NCBI GenBank assembly: GCA_903926385.1 | Contig: CAIYIS010000045.1 | Span: 173,569-237,568 of the forward strand | DNA: 64,000 nt | Source: an uncultured Bacteroidota bacterium | Lineage (GTDB): Bacteria > Bacteroidota > Bacteroidia > 2-12-FULL-35-15 | Direction: 5' to 3' | Part shown: positions 18,828-28,378 of the stretch, in pieces | How positions within the stretch are numbered: the stretch's first letter is position 1 | Layout: the number at the start of each line of letters is the position of its first letter | Notes under the pieces: generated by a model | The model's input: the letters and a program-made list of their open reading frames with translations, nothing else | Database searches by the model: none | Told to the model about the DNA's origin: nothing | Position numbers and translations under genes: made by a program

Positions 18828-21308
18828 TTAATGCGCAATTACAAATTTATTTTTAGCAACTACAGCAGAATTATTTTTTATAGTTACAAAATATATCCCG
18901 TTACTGTATGCCGAAGTGTTTATGTTGAGTGCCGTTTGCAGAGGTGTCAGTTTTTCTTTGTGAATAATTTTTCCCGCAACATCAGAAATTATCAGCATTG
19001 ACCCGGTTTGAATTACAGATGCCGAAGACGACAAATCAACCGTCACGGTTTCGTTTGCCGGATTTGGGAAAAGTTTAATGGAGGGCTGTTGCGAAACAGT
19101 GGGTTTATTATTTATGCCTAACGAATAATCGTTCATAGCAAAAACATACTCCCCGAATTGCAACGAATCGATAGTGACAAAACCATGTAAATCGACATTG
19201 CTTCCGGATTGATTTTTGGTGTAATAAGGGTAGACAGCCCATTCCGAAGCTGTATTTTTGCGGTACATAAGCACTAAACTATCTTCGGCTTCAGTTCCCA
19301 TCAACAAATAATCTAACCATAGATTACCTGAAAAGTTGGAAGTAGATGTTCGCCCGTCATAATATAAAATGGCTTTGCTTCTGAAACCTGCCGGAGCGAT
19401 CCCGTCCACTTTCCAATAATGATTAGGAGATAAACGATAAGGGATGCAACATGATTTGTAATCATCAGGAGTAGCAAAATTATGTTCCACTCTAATAAAT
19501 GCCGTATCAGGAAGACTTAAAACATTAAGTGACATTTTTGTTGCACCCATTGTTTTACTGCCAATAGTAGTGATGGTTTGAAAATCCGAAACTATCGCAT
19601 CACTAATTTTAGAACCTTTATTAATTGCAACAAATGCAGGGTTAAAAGGCACAGTGAAATTCATTACCTGATTAGGCCCGGTCATAAAAAATGTTTGTGT
19701 GTTTTCGGCAAAGTTTGCAGCTTTGAAAGTAACTTCGAGCGGCACATTTTTGTAATAATTAGGAGCTCCGGTTAGTTTTTGTTTCACATAAACGGCCACA
19801 TTATAGTTATTACCATTAGGCGTGATAACCGATGAATCGATTGAAAAGTGAGGCCAGCCGGGATTAAACACCCAATCGTTAAAGAAATCAGAAAGATTTA
19901 TTCCGCTTGCTGCTGTAAGAGCATCTCTTAAATCGGAACTCGAAACATCTTTAAAACTATTTTGAGTAAGATAAGATTTGAGCGAATAGAAAAACACACT
20001 GTCCCCCATATACCCCCTTAAAGTATGAGCTATGTCGGCCCCTTTGTTGTATACATGATCTCCGTATGTATAAGTTTGGGGAATGTTAGAAAGGGTTTGG
20101 TATCCTCCTTCCTTTACATGCAAAAACTGAACATTGTCAGCATGATTAGCTTTTACCGCAGCAAGATAATTACTGTAATTTCCGGCAAATTCGGTATATA
20201 TAAACTCGCAATAATGCGCCCATCCCTCGTTCAACCACATGTCTTCGGCAGTTCGGCAGGTAACCAAATCGCCAAACCAATGATGTGATAATTCATGAAT
20301 AAAGTAAATCTGATATGTAGTTGATCCATTTGAAAGAACTTTTGGGTACGAAATATTGGTAGCATGCTCCATGGCTCCTGCTGTAAAAGGCACAAGACAA
20401 TAGCCCACTCGATTCCATCTGTAAGGCCCGAAATGATTCTCGAATGCAGTAAGCGCATTTGGCAAGTTTACAAAAGAGGCTTTCATATTAGTAGTATCTG
20501 CCGGCAATGCGGTTAATATAATCGGTATGGTGCCATTCATTCCATTATAAGTTTGATTAACCTGAGTGTATGGAGCCACAGAAAGAGAAGCCAGATACGA
20601 AGGGATTTCAGTATCCATTTTCCAGCAACGTGTTCTGTTACCATTCCCGTCTGTGGTATCATTGGCAAGATATCCGTTGCAATAGGCTATTTTTCCATTG
20701 TTCGTAGTTATGTTAAATTCGAATTTAGCTCGTTCCACAAAATTATCGAAACATGGAAACCACACTCTGCCATAATTATGGGGTAACGCTTGAAACGCAA
20801 CACCTATATTATAAGCATAAACACCCTGAAAAAAGAAGCCACCCCATTGATTGGGATGGTCAATCTGAGGGCGACCATGATAGTAGACAGTCACAGACGA
20901 AGTGTCACCAATGTTATAAGTTACAGGAAGGGTTACATTGAGAAGGGTGTCGTTATATAATGTCGTGAGCAGGTTGTTTCCACTTTTAACCGAATCGACA
21001 GTTAACATTAACAAGTCCAGATTAAGTTTATTTAATCCGTTAACTTTAGGAGTGAATTTTATTTGTGAGTTTCCGCTAATGGTACTGTCAACAAAACTGG
21101 TTACGTTCAGATTAATGGTGAATTTTAAAATGTCGGTAGTGTCGCTTCTGGAATTATCTGCTTGCATCGGATTACTAGGAAGTACAGATTTAAACTGAGT
21201 ACTATTCAGATGATGTTTGGAGGCAGTATTACTATTGTTCAGTTGTGACTGAGCAAATATTTGTGCGGTTATAAGCACAGAAATCAGAAATAGTATTTTT
21301 ATTTTCAT
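18828..21308 (-). CDS. M1-family zinc metallopeptidase with a T9SS type-A C-terminal sorting domain (paralog)
   Basis: HELSHHWFGD...WLNEGWAHY and GAMEH; C-terminal KLFPNPANETVTVDL...GIYFVTIKN. The ATG start at 21308 (MKIKILF signal peptide) is preferred over the upstream TTG at 21320. Confidence 0.85.
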   Translation of the reverse strand: MKIKILFLISVLITAQIFAQSQLNNSNTASKHHLNSTQFKSVLPSNPMQADNSRSDTTDILKFTINLNVTSFVDSTISGNSQIKFTPKVNGLNKLNLDLLMLTVDSVKSGNNLLTTLYNDTLLNVTLPVTYNIGDTSSVTVYYHGRPQIDHPNQWGGFFFQGVYAYNIGVAFQALPHNYGRVWFPCFDNFVERAKFEFNITTNNGKIAYCNGYLANDTTDGNGNRTRCWKMDTEIPSYLASLSVAPYTQVNQTYNGMNGTIPIILTALPADTTNMKASFVNLPNALTAFENHFGPYRWNRVGYCLVPFTAGAMEHATNISYPKVLSNGSTTYQIYFIHELSHHWFGDLVTCRTAEDMWLNEGWAHYCEFIYTEFAGNYSNYLAAVKANHADNVQFLHVKEGGYQTLSNIPQTYTYGDHVYNKGADIAHTLRGYMGDSVFFYSLKSYLTQNSFKDVSSSDLRDALTAASGINLSDFFNDWVFNPGWPHFSIDSSVITPNGNNYNVAVYVKQKLTGAPNYYKNVPLEVTFKAANFAENTQTFFMTGPNQVMNFTVPFNPAFVAINKGSKISDAIVSDFQTITTIGSKTMGATKMSLNVLSLPDTAFIRVEHNFATPDDYKSCCIPYRLSPNHYWKVDGIAPAGFRSKAILYYDGRTSTSNFSGNLWLDYLLMGTEAEDSLVLMYRKNTASEWAVYPYYTKNQSGSNVDLHGFVTIDSLQFGEYVFAMNDYSLGINNKPTVSQQPSIKLFPNPANETVTVDLSSSASVIQTGSMLIISDVAGKIIHKEKLTPLQTALNINTSAYSNGIYFVTIKNNSAVVAKNKFVIAH

Positions 21309-21522
21309 AATCAATGTCAAATTTGAGTGAATAAAGGTAATAAGATTTTTTAGATTCTAGTATTCTTGACTTTGTTTGAATTTTATGGTTTTGTTTTAGA
21401 ACAATAATTCCTTATACATTATTCCATAAAGAGGAATCTAGAGTTTTTTGATTTCTTTTTTGCAAGATAATATTCTACATTTGCCGGAAATAAGTTCAGA
21501 TTTTAATAAACTCACCTAAAAC

Positions 21523-22470
21523 ATGAAACCTATAGAAAGAATCGCAGGTATACTATTGCTCTACGTAATGGTTAACTTCATTTATTTAAAATTTCATACC
21601 GAGAAGCTTGAAGATGGCTTCACCTCAAAATATGAAGCAAAGAATGAAATGGTAAATAACCTGAAAGAGGGAAAATGGATTGAATACAAAGATTCGAGTT
21701 GGAATGCGGTCTCTGCCGACAGTGCAGTATACTATTCTCTTAATGTTTATAAGTCAGGCGTGAAATTTGGCATTCAAAGAGATTACAATTTGGAAGGAAA
21801 TATTCAAAGTGAATTTAGCTTCTCTACCAATGGAAAGAGAAACGGTATTGCGAAATGGTTTTATGAGAGCGGAAAATTGCAGAAAGAACTTCCGTATAAT
21901 GATGACAAAGAAAACGGTGAAAGCATGGTGTATTATGAAAGCGGTGAGGTAAAGGAAAAGGTTACTTATGCTGATGGGTTAGAAACGGGCATGCTAACTT
22001 CTTTTTATGAAAGCGGTAAAAAACTGACGGAAGTGCCCTATAGTAATGGAAAGATGGATGGCCCCTACACGCAATACTACGAAAATGGTAAAACTAAACA
22101 GGAATGCACTTACAAGGATGGTAAGGCAATCGGAACTGCAAAGTTCTACTATGAGAGCGGTCAGTTGCAGGAAGAGGATAAGTATGCAGACGATAAATTA
22201 GAAGGCGAAGTAAAACTGTATTTCGAAAGCGGAAAATTAAATGAGGTTTCCAATTATAAAGAAGGGAAACTTGATGGAAATTATATGGCATATTACGAAA
22301 GTGGACAAAAGAAAACAGAAGGGAAATACAAAGCGGATACACAATTTGGAATATGGAAAGAATGGGATGATAAGGGAAATCTATTAACTCAAAAATCTTT
22401 TGACGGGAGCGGAAATGCTGGTGAGGAAAATTCAGTTGAAGAAGTGCCTGTAGAAGAAACAACAGATTAG
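21523..22470 (+). CDS. MORN-repeat (MORN_2) membrane-anchored protein
   Basis: An N-terminal TM helix followed by about 10 repeats of YYESG.K..E..Y.DGK..G. Confidence 0.8.
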   Translation: MKPIERIAGILLLYVMVNFIYLKFHTEKLEDGFTSKYEAKNEMVNNLKEGKWIEYKDSSWNAVSADSAVYYSLNVYKSGVKFGIQRDYNLEGNIQSEFSFSTNGKRNGIAKWFYESGKLQKELPYNDDKENGESMVYYESGEVKEKVTYADGLETGMLTSFYESGKKLTEVPYSNGKMDGPYTQYYENGKTKQECTYKDGKAIGTAKFYYESGQLQEEDKYADDKLEGEVKLYFESGKLNEVSNYKEGKLDGNYMAYYESGQKKTEGKYKADTQFGIWKEWDDKGNLLTQKSFDGSGNAGEENSVEEVPVEETTD

Positions 22471-22600
22471 AGGGGGCGAAAGAAGTTGCCTGTGTAAAAT
22501 CATTTATTTTTCCCCGCATTGCTCCTATTAAAAACAAAGATATTAACGGTTTTCACAATTTAACTTATTTGTTTACTTTTGTGAAAGAAGAATAAAGTAT

Positions 22601-24163
22601 ATGAAGAGAATACTAAATTTTATGTGTTTGTTTTTGTTAGCAGGTGCCTCAATTGCACAAACAGATAAAAACACAAATCCGAATGGCTACAATAAATTTT
22701 ACTACGACAACGGAAAAGTTTCGAGTGAGGGAACTATGCGTGATGGAAAACCTGATGGGTATTGGAAAACATATTCAGAATATGGTGTCATAAAATCAGA
22801 AGGTAATAGAAAAAATTTTCAACTAGATAGTATTTGGAAATTCTATAATGAGAAAGGTAAACTAGCTTTTGAATACAATTACAAGGAAGGAAAGAAAAAC
22901 GGATTAAGAAAAACCTATGACACCAAAGAAGGTTTTCTTGTTTTATCAGAAAGTTTTGCAAATGATATGAAACAAGGCAATACTGTGTACTATTTCAAGA
23001 ATGGAAAAGTAAAACAAACAATTCCATTTGTTGCCGGAAAAGAGGAAGGGCAAGGGTTTGAATTCGGCCCGGACAGTACTGTCATTACACTCACCCAATA
23101 TAAAATGGGTTTTGTTCAGAGAGAAGAAAAAATGAACAGGAGAGATGCGGATAGCCTGAAGCAAGGTGTGTGGAAACAATTTTACCCGTCCGGAATTATT
23201 AAAAACGAAGTTACCTATAGTGACGATAAGATGAATGGATATTTGAAAGAATACTCTGTTTCGGGTAGTTTGGTAAGTACAACTAAATATGTGAACGGAG
23301 TAGTTCAGAAAAATGCTCCTGAACTTGCAAAGCTTGATGTGAGAACAGAATATTACGAAGGAGGTATTGTAAAATTTACCGGAACATACAAGGATGGTGT
23401 AGCCGAAGGAATTCATAGAGTTTTTTCTCCCGAAGGGAAAGTGCTTTCTGCAAAGGTGTATGCCGATGGCGTGCTGACAGGCGAAGGTATATTAGATACG
23501 ATCGGCAGACAACAAGGTCCATGGAAAGAGTATCATCCAAACGGCCAGTTGAAAGCTCAAGGCGAATATTTCAACAGCAAACGGATTGGTGAATGGGTAT
23601 TCTATTATTCAAATGGAAAAATTGAACAAAGAGGTAAATACGATAAAAAGGGAAAAGCACAAGGTCCTTGGAAATGGTATTACGAATCAGGAAATTTATG
23701 GCGCGAAGAAACTTACAGAAATAATCTGCAAGATGGAACATTGATAGATTATGAAGACGTAAGTGCTGACAGTTCCAAAATAATCACCAAAGGAGAAATG
23801 GTGGATGGAAAGAAAGAAGGGCCATGGATTCTGGAACTTCCCGATTACAAAGAAGAAGGAAGTTATAAAGATGATAATCGTGACGGAGAATGGAAACATT
23901 ACTACACAAGCACTGGCAAACTACGTTTTGTCGGTAAGTTTATAGATGGTATTCCTGAGGGAGAGCATCGCTTTTATTACCCGAATGGGAAAGAAAAACA
24001 ATTAGGTAAATATGCCGGAGGAAGTAAAGAAGGTGAGTGGAAGTTCTTTGACGAATCGGGGTATCTTTTTTTGACAATATTATACAATTCGGATATTGAG
24101 ATTAGATTTGATGGAATCAAAGTTGTTCCCGAAACAGTGGGGTCAGAGCCAAGCTTAAAATAG
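22601..24163 (+). CDS. MORN-repeat (MORN_2) secreted protein
   Basis: Signal peptide MKRILNFMCLFLLAGASIAQ and repeated G.W..YY.NGK modules. Confidence 0.8.
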   Translation: MKRILNFMCLFLLAGASIAQTDKNTNPNGYNKFYYDNGKVSSEGTMRDGKPDGYWKTYSEYGVIKSEGNRKNFQLDSIWKFYNEKGKLAFEYNYKEGKKNGLRKTYDTKEGFLVLSESFANDMKQGNTVYYFKNGKVKQTIPFVAGKEEGQGFEFGPDSTVITLTQYKMGFVQREEKMNRRDADSLKQGVWKQFYPSGIIKNEVTYSDDKMNGYLKEYSVSGSLVSTTKYVNGVVQKNAPELAKLDVRTEYYEGGIVKFTGTYKDGVAEGIHRVFSPEGKVLSAKVYADGVLTGEGILDTIGRQQGPWKEYHPNGQLKAQGEYFNSKRIGEWVFYYSNGKIEQRGKYDKKGKAQGPWKWYYESGNLWREETYRNNLQDGTLIDYEDVSADSSKIITKGEMVDGKKEGPWILELPDYKEEGSYKDDNRDGEWKHYYTSTGKLRFVGKFIDGIPEGEHRFYYPNGKEKQLGKYAGGSKEGEWKFFDESGYLFLTILYNSDIEIRFDGIKVVPETVGSEPSLK

Positions 24164-24172
24164 TTTTTGCAA

Positions 24173-27100
24173 ATGGCTGAACCCAAAAAAACAAATACTG
24201 AACTAAATGCGGAGATAAGAAGGCTTCGGAAGGAAATTGAATTGCTCAATCAGAAAAAAGATGAAGCAAACAATGAACTTAAGTTAAGTGAGGCTAAATT
24301 CAGAAAGCTTTCCGATTCGGCTTTTGAAGGGATAGCCATACATCATAACGGAATCGTTTTACAAGTAAACAAAGCTGTTTGTGCATTATTCGAATATGAA
24401 GAAAATGAATTCATAGGTCGTTCAATTCTTGATTTTATCCATCCCGATTTTCAAACCACAGTGCTCGAAAGGATAAAAATGAAAATTACTTCTCCTTACG
24501 AAATCATGATGCTCAAAAAGGGAAACAGACCTTTCTGGGTTGAACTTTTAGGAAATCAGATAAATTATAATGGAACAGAGGCAAGAGTTACAGCAATTCG
24601 TGACCTTTCGGCACAAAAAGAAACCCAAAATAAAATAATCGAAAGTGAACGGAAATTTTCGGTTTTGTCCAATAATTTCCCAGGAATAGCCTACAGATGT
24701 TTGTTGGACGAACAATTAACCATGCTTTTTCTGAGTAACGGCTTTCACAAACTGACAGGGTATAATGCTGATGACTTTATTAACAATAAGAAAACGTCGT
24801 TTAGCGAAATTGTGTATCCTGCCGACAAGGGGAATTCGAATATCTTAAAAGCATTAACGAAAAAGGAAATTTTTGAATTAGAATATCGAATAATAACTGC
24901 AAATGGCGAAACAAAATGGGTATGGGAAAAAGGGCAAGGCGTGTTTGATGAAAATAACAAATTGCTATTTCTAGAAGGTTTCATTGCGGATAATAATGAG
25001 AAAAAGCAATTCGAAATAGAACTGAATAAGAGCAGAGAGAATTACAAACAGTTATTTGATTATTCGCCTGATGGAGTTGTTATACATATCGAAGGGAAAG
25101 TGATTTTTTCTAATAAATCTGTATTGAGAATTTTGGGTGCCGACAGTTTCGAGCAACTGGAAAATAAATCAGTGTTCGACTATATACTACCTGAATATCA
25201 TCAGAAGGTAATAGATCGTATTTTCAAAAACAGCAAAGGAATTGATTGGGGTTTTACAGAAATAAAAATAAAAAATCTAAAAAGCGAAATTGTAACTGTA
25301 GAAACAAAACCAACTCCTATTGTTTTTAATGGTTTGCAAGCAACTCAGGTTATTTTAAGAGACTTAACGGAACATAAAAAACTACTCGAAGAGCAGCTTA
25401 GAGCCCAAGTAGCCGAAGAAACTAATTTTAAACTTCAACAAGAAATTAATGAACGGAAAAAGACGGAGAGAATTTTATTTGCCAACCAAAAATATACTCG
25501 CTTGTTAATTGAAAGTTCTCTGGATATTATTTGTGCCTCTGATAAAAATGGGAATATCACCGAGTTTAACCCAGCCGCCCAAAAAACATTTGGTTATGAA
25601 CTGCACGAAGTTCTCGGAAAACATGTTAAGATGCTCTATGCTGATCCGAATGATAGTACTCATATTACAGAAGATGAACTTATCGAAAACGGTATATATG
25701 TGGGAGAAGTGTTGAACAAAAAGAAAAACGGAGAGAAGTTTATTTCTTTTTTATCCGCTTCAGTCTTGAAAAACGAAGCTGGCGAAATTGTAGGTGCAAT
25801 GGGAGTTTCGCGTGATATCTCCGAGTCTAAAAAAGCTGAACAGGAGTTACGTGACAGCGAAGAACGTTACCGGGCAATTTACAATCAAGTTTATGTTGGA
25901 ATTGCTAAAGTTAGTTTGGAAGGTCAGTTTTTACAAGCTAATCAGCAGCTATGCAAAATTCTTGGTTATACAAATGAAGAACTTTGTCAGAAGAGTTTTG
26001 TAGACATTACAACTCCAGAAGATATGGAGCGTACCGTTGCCTATTGGGATAAATTTTTGTTAGGGCACACAGAAAAGGAGTCGTACGAAAAAAAGTACTT
26101 TCACAAGAGCGGACGAGTCGTATATGTGAACTTAACCATTTCAATGGTGAAAGATGCTGACGGGAAAGCTGCACATTTTATTGGTGTATTTCAGGACATC
26201 ACTCAACGAAAAAAGAATGAGCAAGAACAGCAAGTGCAGGCTGCAAAATTAAATGCTATTTTTGATAGTGGTTCCCATTTAATTTGGACCGTGGATACTG
26301 ACAGTTGTTTGACATCATTTAATAAGAACTTCTCATTGTATATACAACAGCAATATGATGTGGAGACAATGATTGGCCTATCTATGATAGAAGGAAATGT
26401 GTTTTCAAATGAAGAATACAATAACTTCTGGATAAGCAAATACTCGCAAACTGCTGCCGGGATTCCTCAGTATTTCGAAACTAAATTTATCAATAAATTA
26501 AGAGGGGATATTTGGTACGAAATTTTTCTTAATCCTATTTTTGACGACAAAGGAAAGGTTGTAGAAATATCAGGAATCGGTCACGATATCACAGAGAAGA
26601 TTATTTCGAACGAAAAAATTCAACAGTCCTTAGCCGAAAAGGAAATTCTTTTAAAAGAAGTTCATCATCGTGTGAAAAATAATTTGCAGGTTATTTCAAG
26701 TATACTAAACTTACAGTCTTCATACGTAAAAGACCAGAATACTTTAAATTTGTTAAGAGAAAGCCAGAATAGAATAAAATCTATGGCGTTTATCCACGAA
26801 AGCCTTTACCAGACTAAGGATTTTTCGAATATCAACTTCTCAGAATATGTGGTTAACCTTTCACAGAATTTACTTCATACATATTCTGATTCAAAATTTG
26901 AAATAAAATTGAACCTCGATATTCAAATAAAATTCTTAATTTTAGACCTTGCAATTCCGACCGGTTTGATTATAAACGAACTCGTGACTAATGCCATTAA
27001 GTACGCATTTAATAATGAGACCAATGAAAACAGCATTAGTATTGCTATGATCAATGAAGATGAAAACATTAAACTTATTGTAGAAGATAACGGAGTAGGA

Positions 27101-27259
27101 TTACCGTCATCAATTAATTTTAGAGATACCGAGTCGTTGGGCTTGCAATTAGTAGTTACATTAGTTGATCAGATTAACGGGAAAATTGAATTAGATAACA
27201 CAAAAGGAGCAAAGTATAGTATAGTATTCAAACATAATCAAATTAAAAACAAAAAATAA
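24173..27259 (+). CDS. Multi-PAS sensor histidine kinase (HisKA_2 / HATPase_c)
   Basis: About 1030 aa with five or more PAS-like modules, an H-box EVHHRVKNNLQVISSIL (HisKA_2 type) and a C-terminal ATPase (ELVTNAIKYAF...DNGVGLP). ATG at 24173; the track ORF starts at a TTG at 24167. Confidence 0.85.
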   Translation: MAEPKKTNTELNAEIRRLRKEIELLNQKKDEANNELKLSEAKFRKLSDSAFEGIAIHHNGIVLQVNKAVCALFEYEENEFIGRSILDFIHPDFQTTVLERIKMKITSPYEIMMLKKGNRPFWVELLGNQINYNGTEARVTAIRDLSAQKETQNKIIESERKFSVLSNNFPGIAYRCLLDEQLTMLFLSNGFHKLTGYNADDFINNKKTSFSEIVYPADKGNSNILKALTKKEIFELEYRIITANGETKWVWEKGQGVFDENNKLLFLEGFIADNNEKKQFEIELNKSRENYKQLFDYSPDGVVIHIEGKVIFSNKSVLRILGADSFEQLENKSVFDYILPEYHQKVIDRIFKNSKGIDWGFTEIKIKNLKSEIVTVETKPTPIVFNGLQATQVILRDLTEHKKLLEEQLRAQVAEETNFKLQQEINERKKTERILFANQKYTRLLIESSLDIICASDKNGNITEFNPAAQKTFGYELHEVLGKHVKMLYADPNDSTHITEDELIENGIYVGEVLNKKKNGEKFISFLSASVLKNEAGEIVGAMGVSRDISESKKAEQELRDSEERYRAIYNQVYVGIAKVSLEGQFLQANQQLCKILGYTNEELCQKSFVDITTPEDMERTVAYWDKFLLGHTEKESYEKKYFHKSGRVVYVNLTISMVKDADGKAAHFIGVFQDITQRKKNEQEQQVQAAKLNAIFDSGSHLIWTVDTDSCLTSFNKNFSLYIQQQYDVETMIGLSMIEGNVFSNEEYNNFWISKYSQTAAGIPQYFETKFINKLRGDIWYEIFLNPIFDDKGKVVEISGIGHDITEKIISNEKIQQSLAEKEILLKEVHHRVKNNLQVISSILNLQSSYVKDQNTLNLLRESQNRIKSMAFIHESLYQTKDFSNINFSEYVVNLSQNLLHTYSDSKFEIKLNLDIQIKFLILDLAIPTGLIINELVTNAIKYAFNNETNENSISIAMINEDENIKLIVEDNGVGLPSSINFRDTESLGLQLVVTLVDQINGKIELDNTKGAKYSIVFKHNQIKNKK

Positions 27260-27261
27260 TC

Positions 27262-28020
27262 ATGTCAAAATCAAACATTCTTATTGTTGAAGACGAGAGC
27301 ATAGTTGCTAAGGACATTCAACATAGCTTAAAAAAATTGGGTTATACTGTTGTCGAAATCTGTTCTAATGGCGAAGATGCCATTCGTATGGCAGAAGAAT
27401 TGAAACCGAATTTAGTTCTAATGGATATCATGTTAAAAGGTGATATGACGGGCATTGAGGCAGCATCCGTAATTCGTGAAAAGTTTAATATTCCTATTAT
27501 TTATCTGACTGCTTATGCTGATGAAAGTACTTTAACCAAAGCAAAAGTTTCTGAACCTTATGGGTACATTATTAAACCTTTCAAGGAAATTGACTTGCAT
27601 ACTTCTATTGAAATGGCAATTTACAAGCACGAAAAAGAAACTGATCTTAAAAAAGAAAGAGATTTTTTATATTCTATCGTGGAAAATAAGGAGTCAAAAG
27701 ATAAGGACCATATTTTTGTGAAATCAAACTCCAGATTAGTAAAGGTGAAGGCTACTGATATTTATTTTGTTGAGGCATTAAAAGATTATGTAGTGCTAAA
27801 TACTGAAAACGCAAAATTTACGATTCATTCAACCATGAAGGATATTGAGAAGAAATTAGCGGCCGCTGATTTTATTCGTGTGCATCGTTCGTATATTGTA
27901 AGAATTGATAAAATTGTTGCAGTCGAAACGCCTAACTTAATTTTGGAAAACGATAAAAAACTAATTCCAATCGGAGGTTCGTATAAAGACGATTTAGCAA
28001 AACGATTAAATATGGCATAG
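27262..28020 (+). CDS. LytTR-family response regulator
   Basis: Receiver domain (ILIVEDE...LMDIML..MTGIE) plus a C-terminal LytTR DNA-binding domain (IYFVEALKDYVVLNT...FIRVHRSYIV). It starts 3 nt after the kinase stop. Confidence 0.9.
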   Translation: MSKSNILIVEDESIVAKDIQHSLKKLGYTVVEICSNGEDAIRMAEELKPNLVLMDIMLKGDMTGIEAASVIREKFNIPIIYLTAYADESTLTKAKVSEPYGYIIKPFKEIDLHTSIEMAIYKHEKETDLKKERDFLYSIVENKESKDKDHIFVKSNSRLVKVKATDIYFVEALKDYVVLNTENAKFTIHSTMKDIEKKLAAADFIRVHRSYIVRIDKIVAVETPNLILENDKKLIPIGGSYKDDLAKRLNMA

Positions 28021-28063
28021 TTTAATTCTATGTATGGAGGAAGACATTAATTTCGTTTTCATT

Positions 28064-28097
28064 AAAAATCCCGAATCGTTTCGGGATTTTTTGTTTT
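28064..28097 (+). terminator. Rho-independent terminator after the response-regulator gene
   Basis: aaaatcccgaa-tcgt-ttcgggatttt followed by ttgttttg. Confidence 0.75.
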
Positions 28098-28192
28098 GCT
28101 ACAATCAGGTTTCTCAAGAATTGAAAAATTGTATAAAGATAAAAACTATTGAAAACGAAGCTGTTTTTCCGCTTCATGTCGTTTTTTATTGG

Positions 28193-28290
28193 GGCAATAG
28201 CGTTTATCATTTCCTCGATGACGTTTTTCATTAGGGCAATGACTTTTTTCATTTCCGCGATAGCGTTTTTGATTTCCGTGATAGCGGAGA
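28193..28290. repeat. Degenerate 21-bp tandem repeat, about 4.5 copies
   Basis: Units caatagcgtttatcatttcct / cgatgacgtttttcattaggg / caatgacttttttcatttccg / cgatagcgtttttgatttccg. They sit between two convergent terminators. Confidence 0.65.
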
Positions 28291-28310
28291 GAATTTTAGC
28301 TTTATTGTCA

Positions 28311-28346
28311 TAAAAAAAGGTTCTGCTTTTTTCAAAACAGAACCTT
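28311..28346 (-). terminator. Rho-independent terminator for lepA (minus strand)
   Basis: Minus strand reads aggttctg-loop-cagaacct followed by ttttttt. Confidence 0.75.
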
Positions 28347-28378
28347 AATTATAAGCCGAAACGAGAGGAATAAACCTA

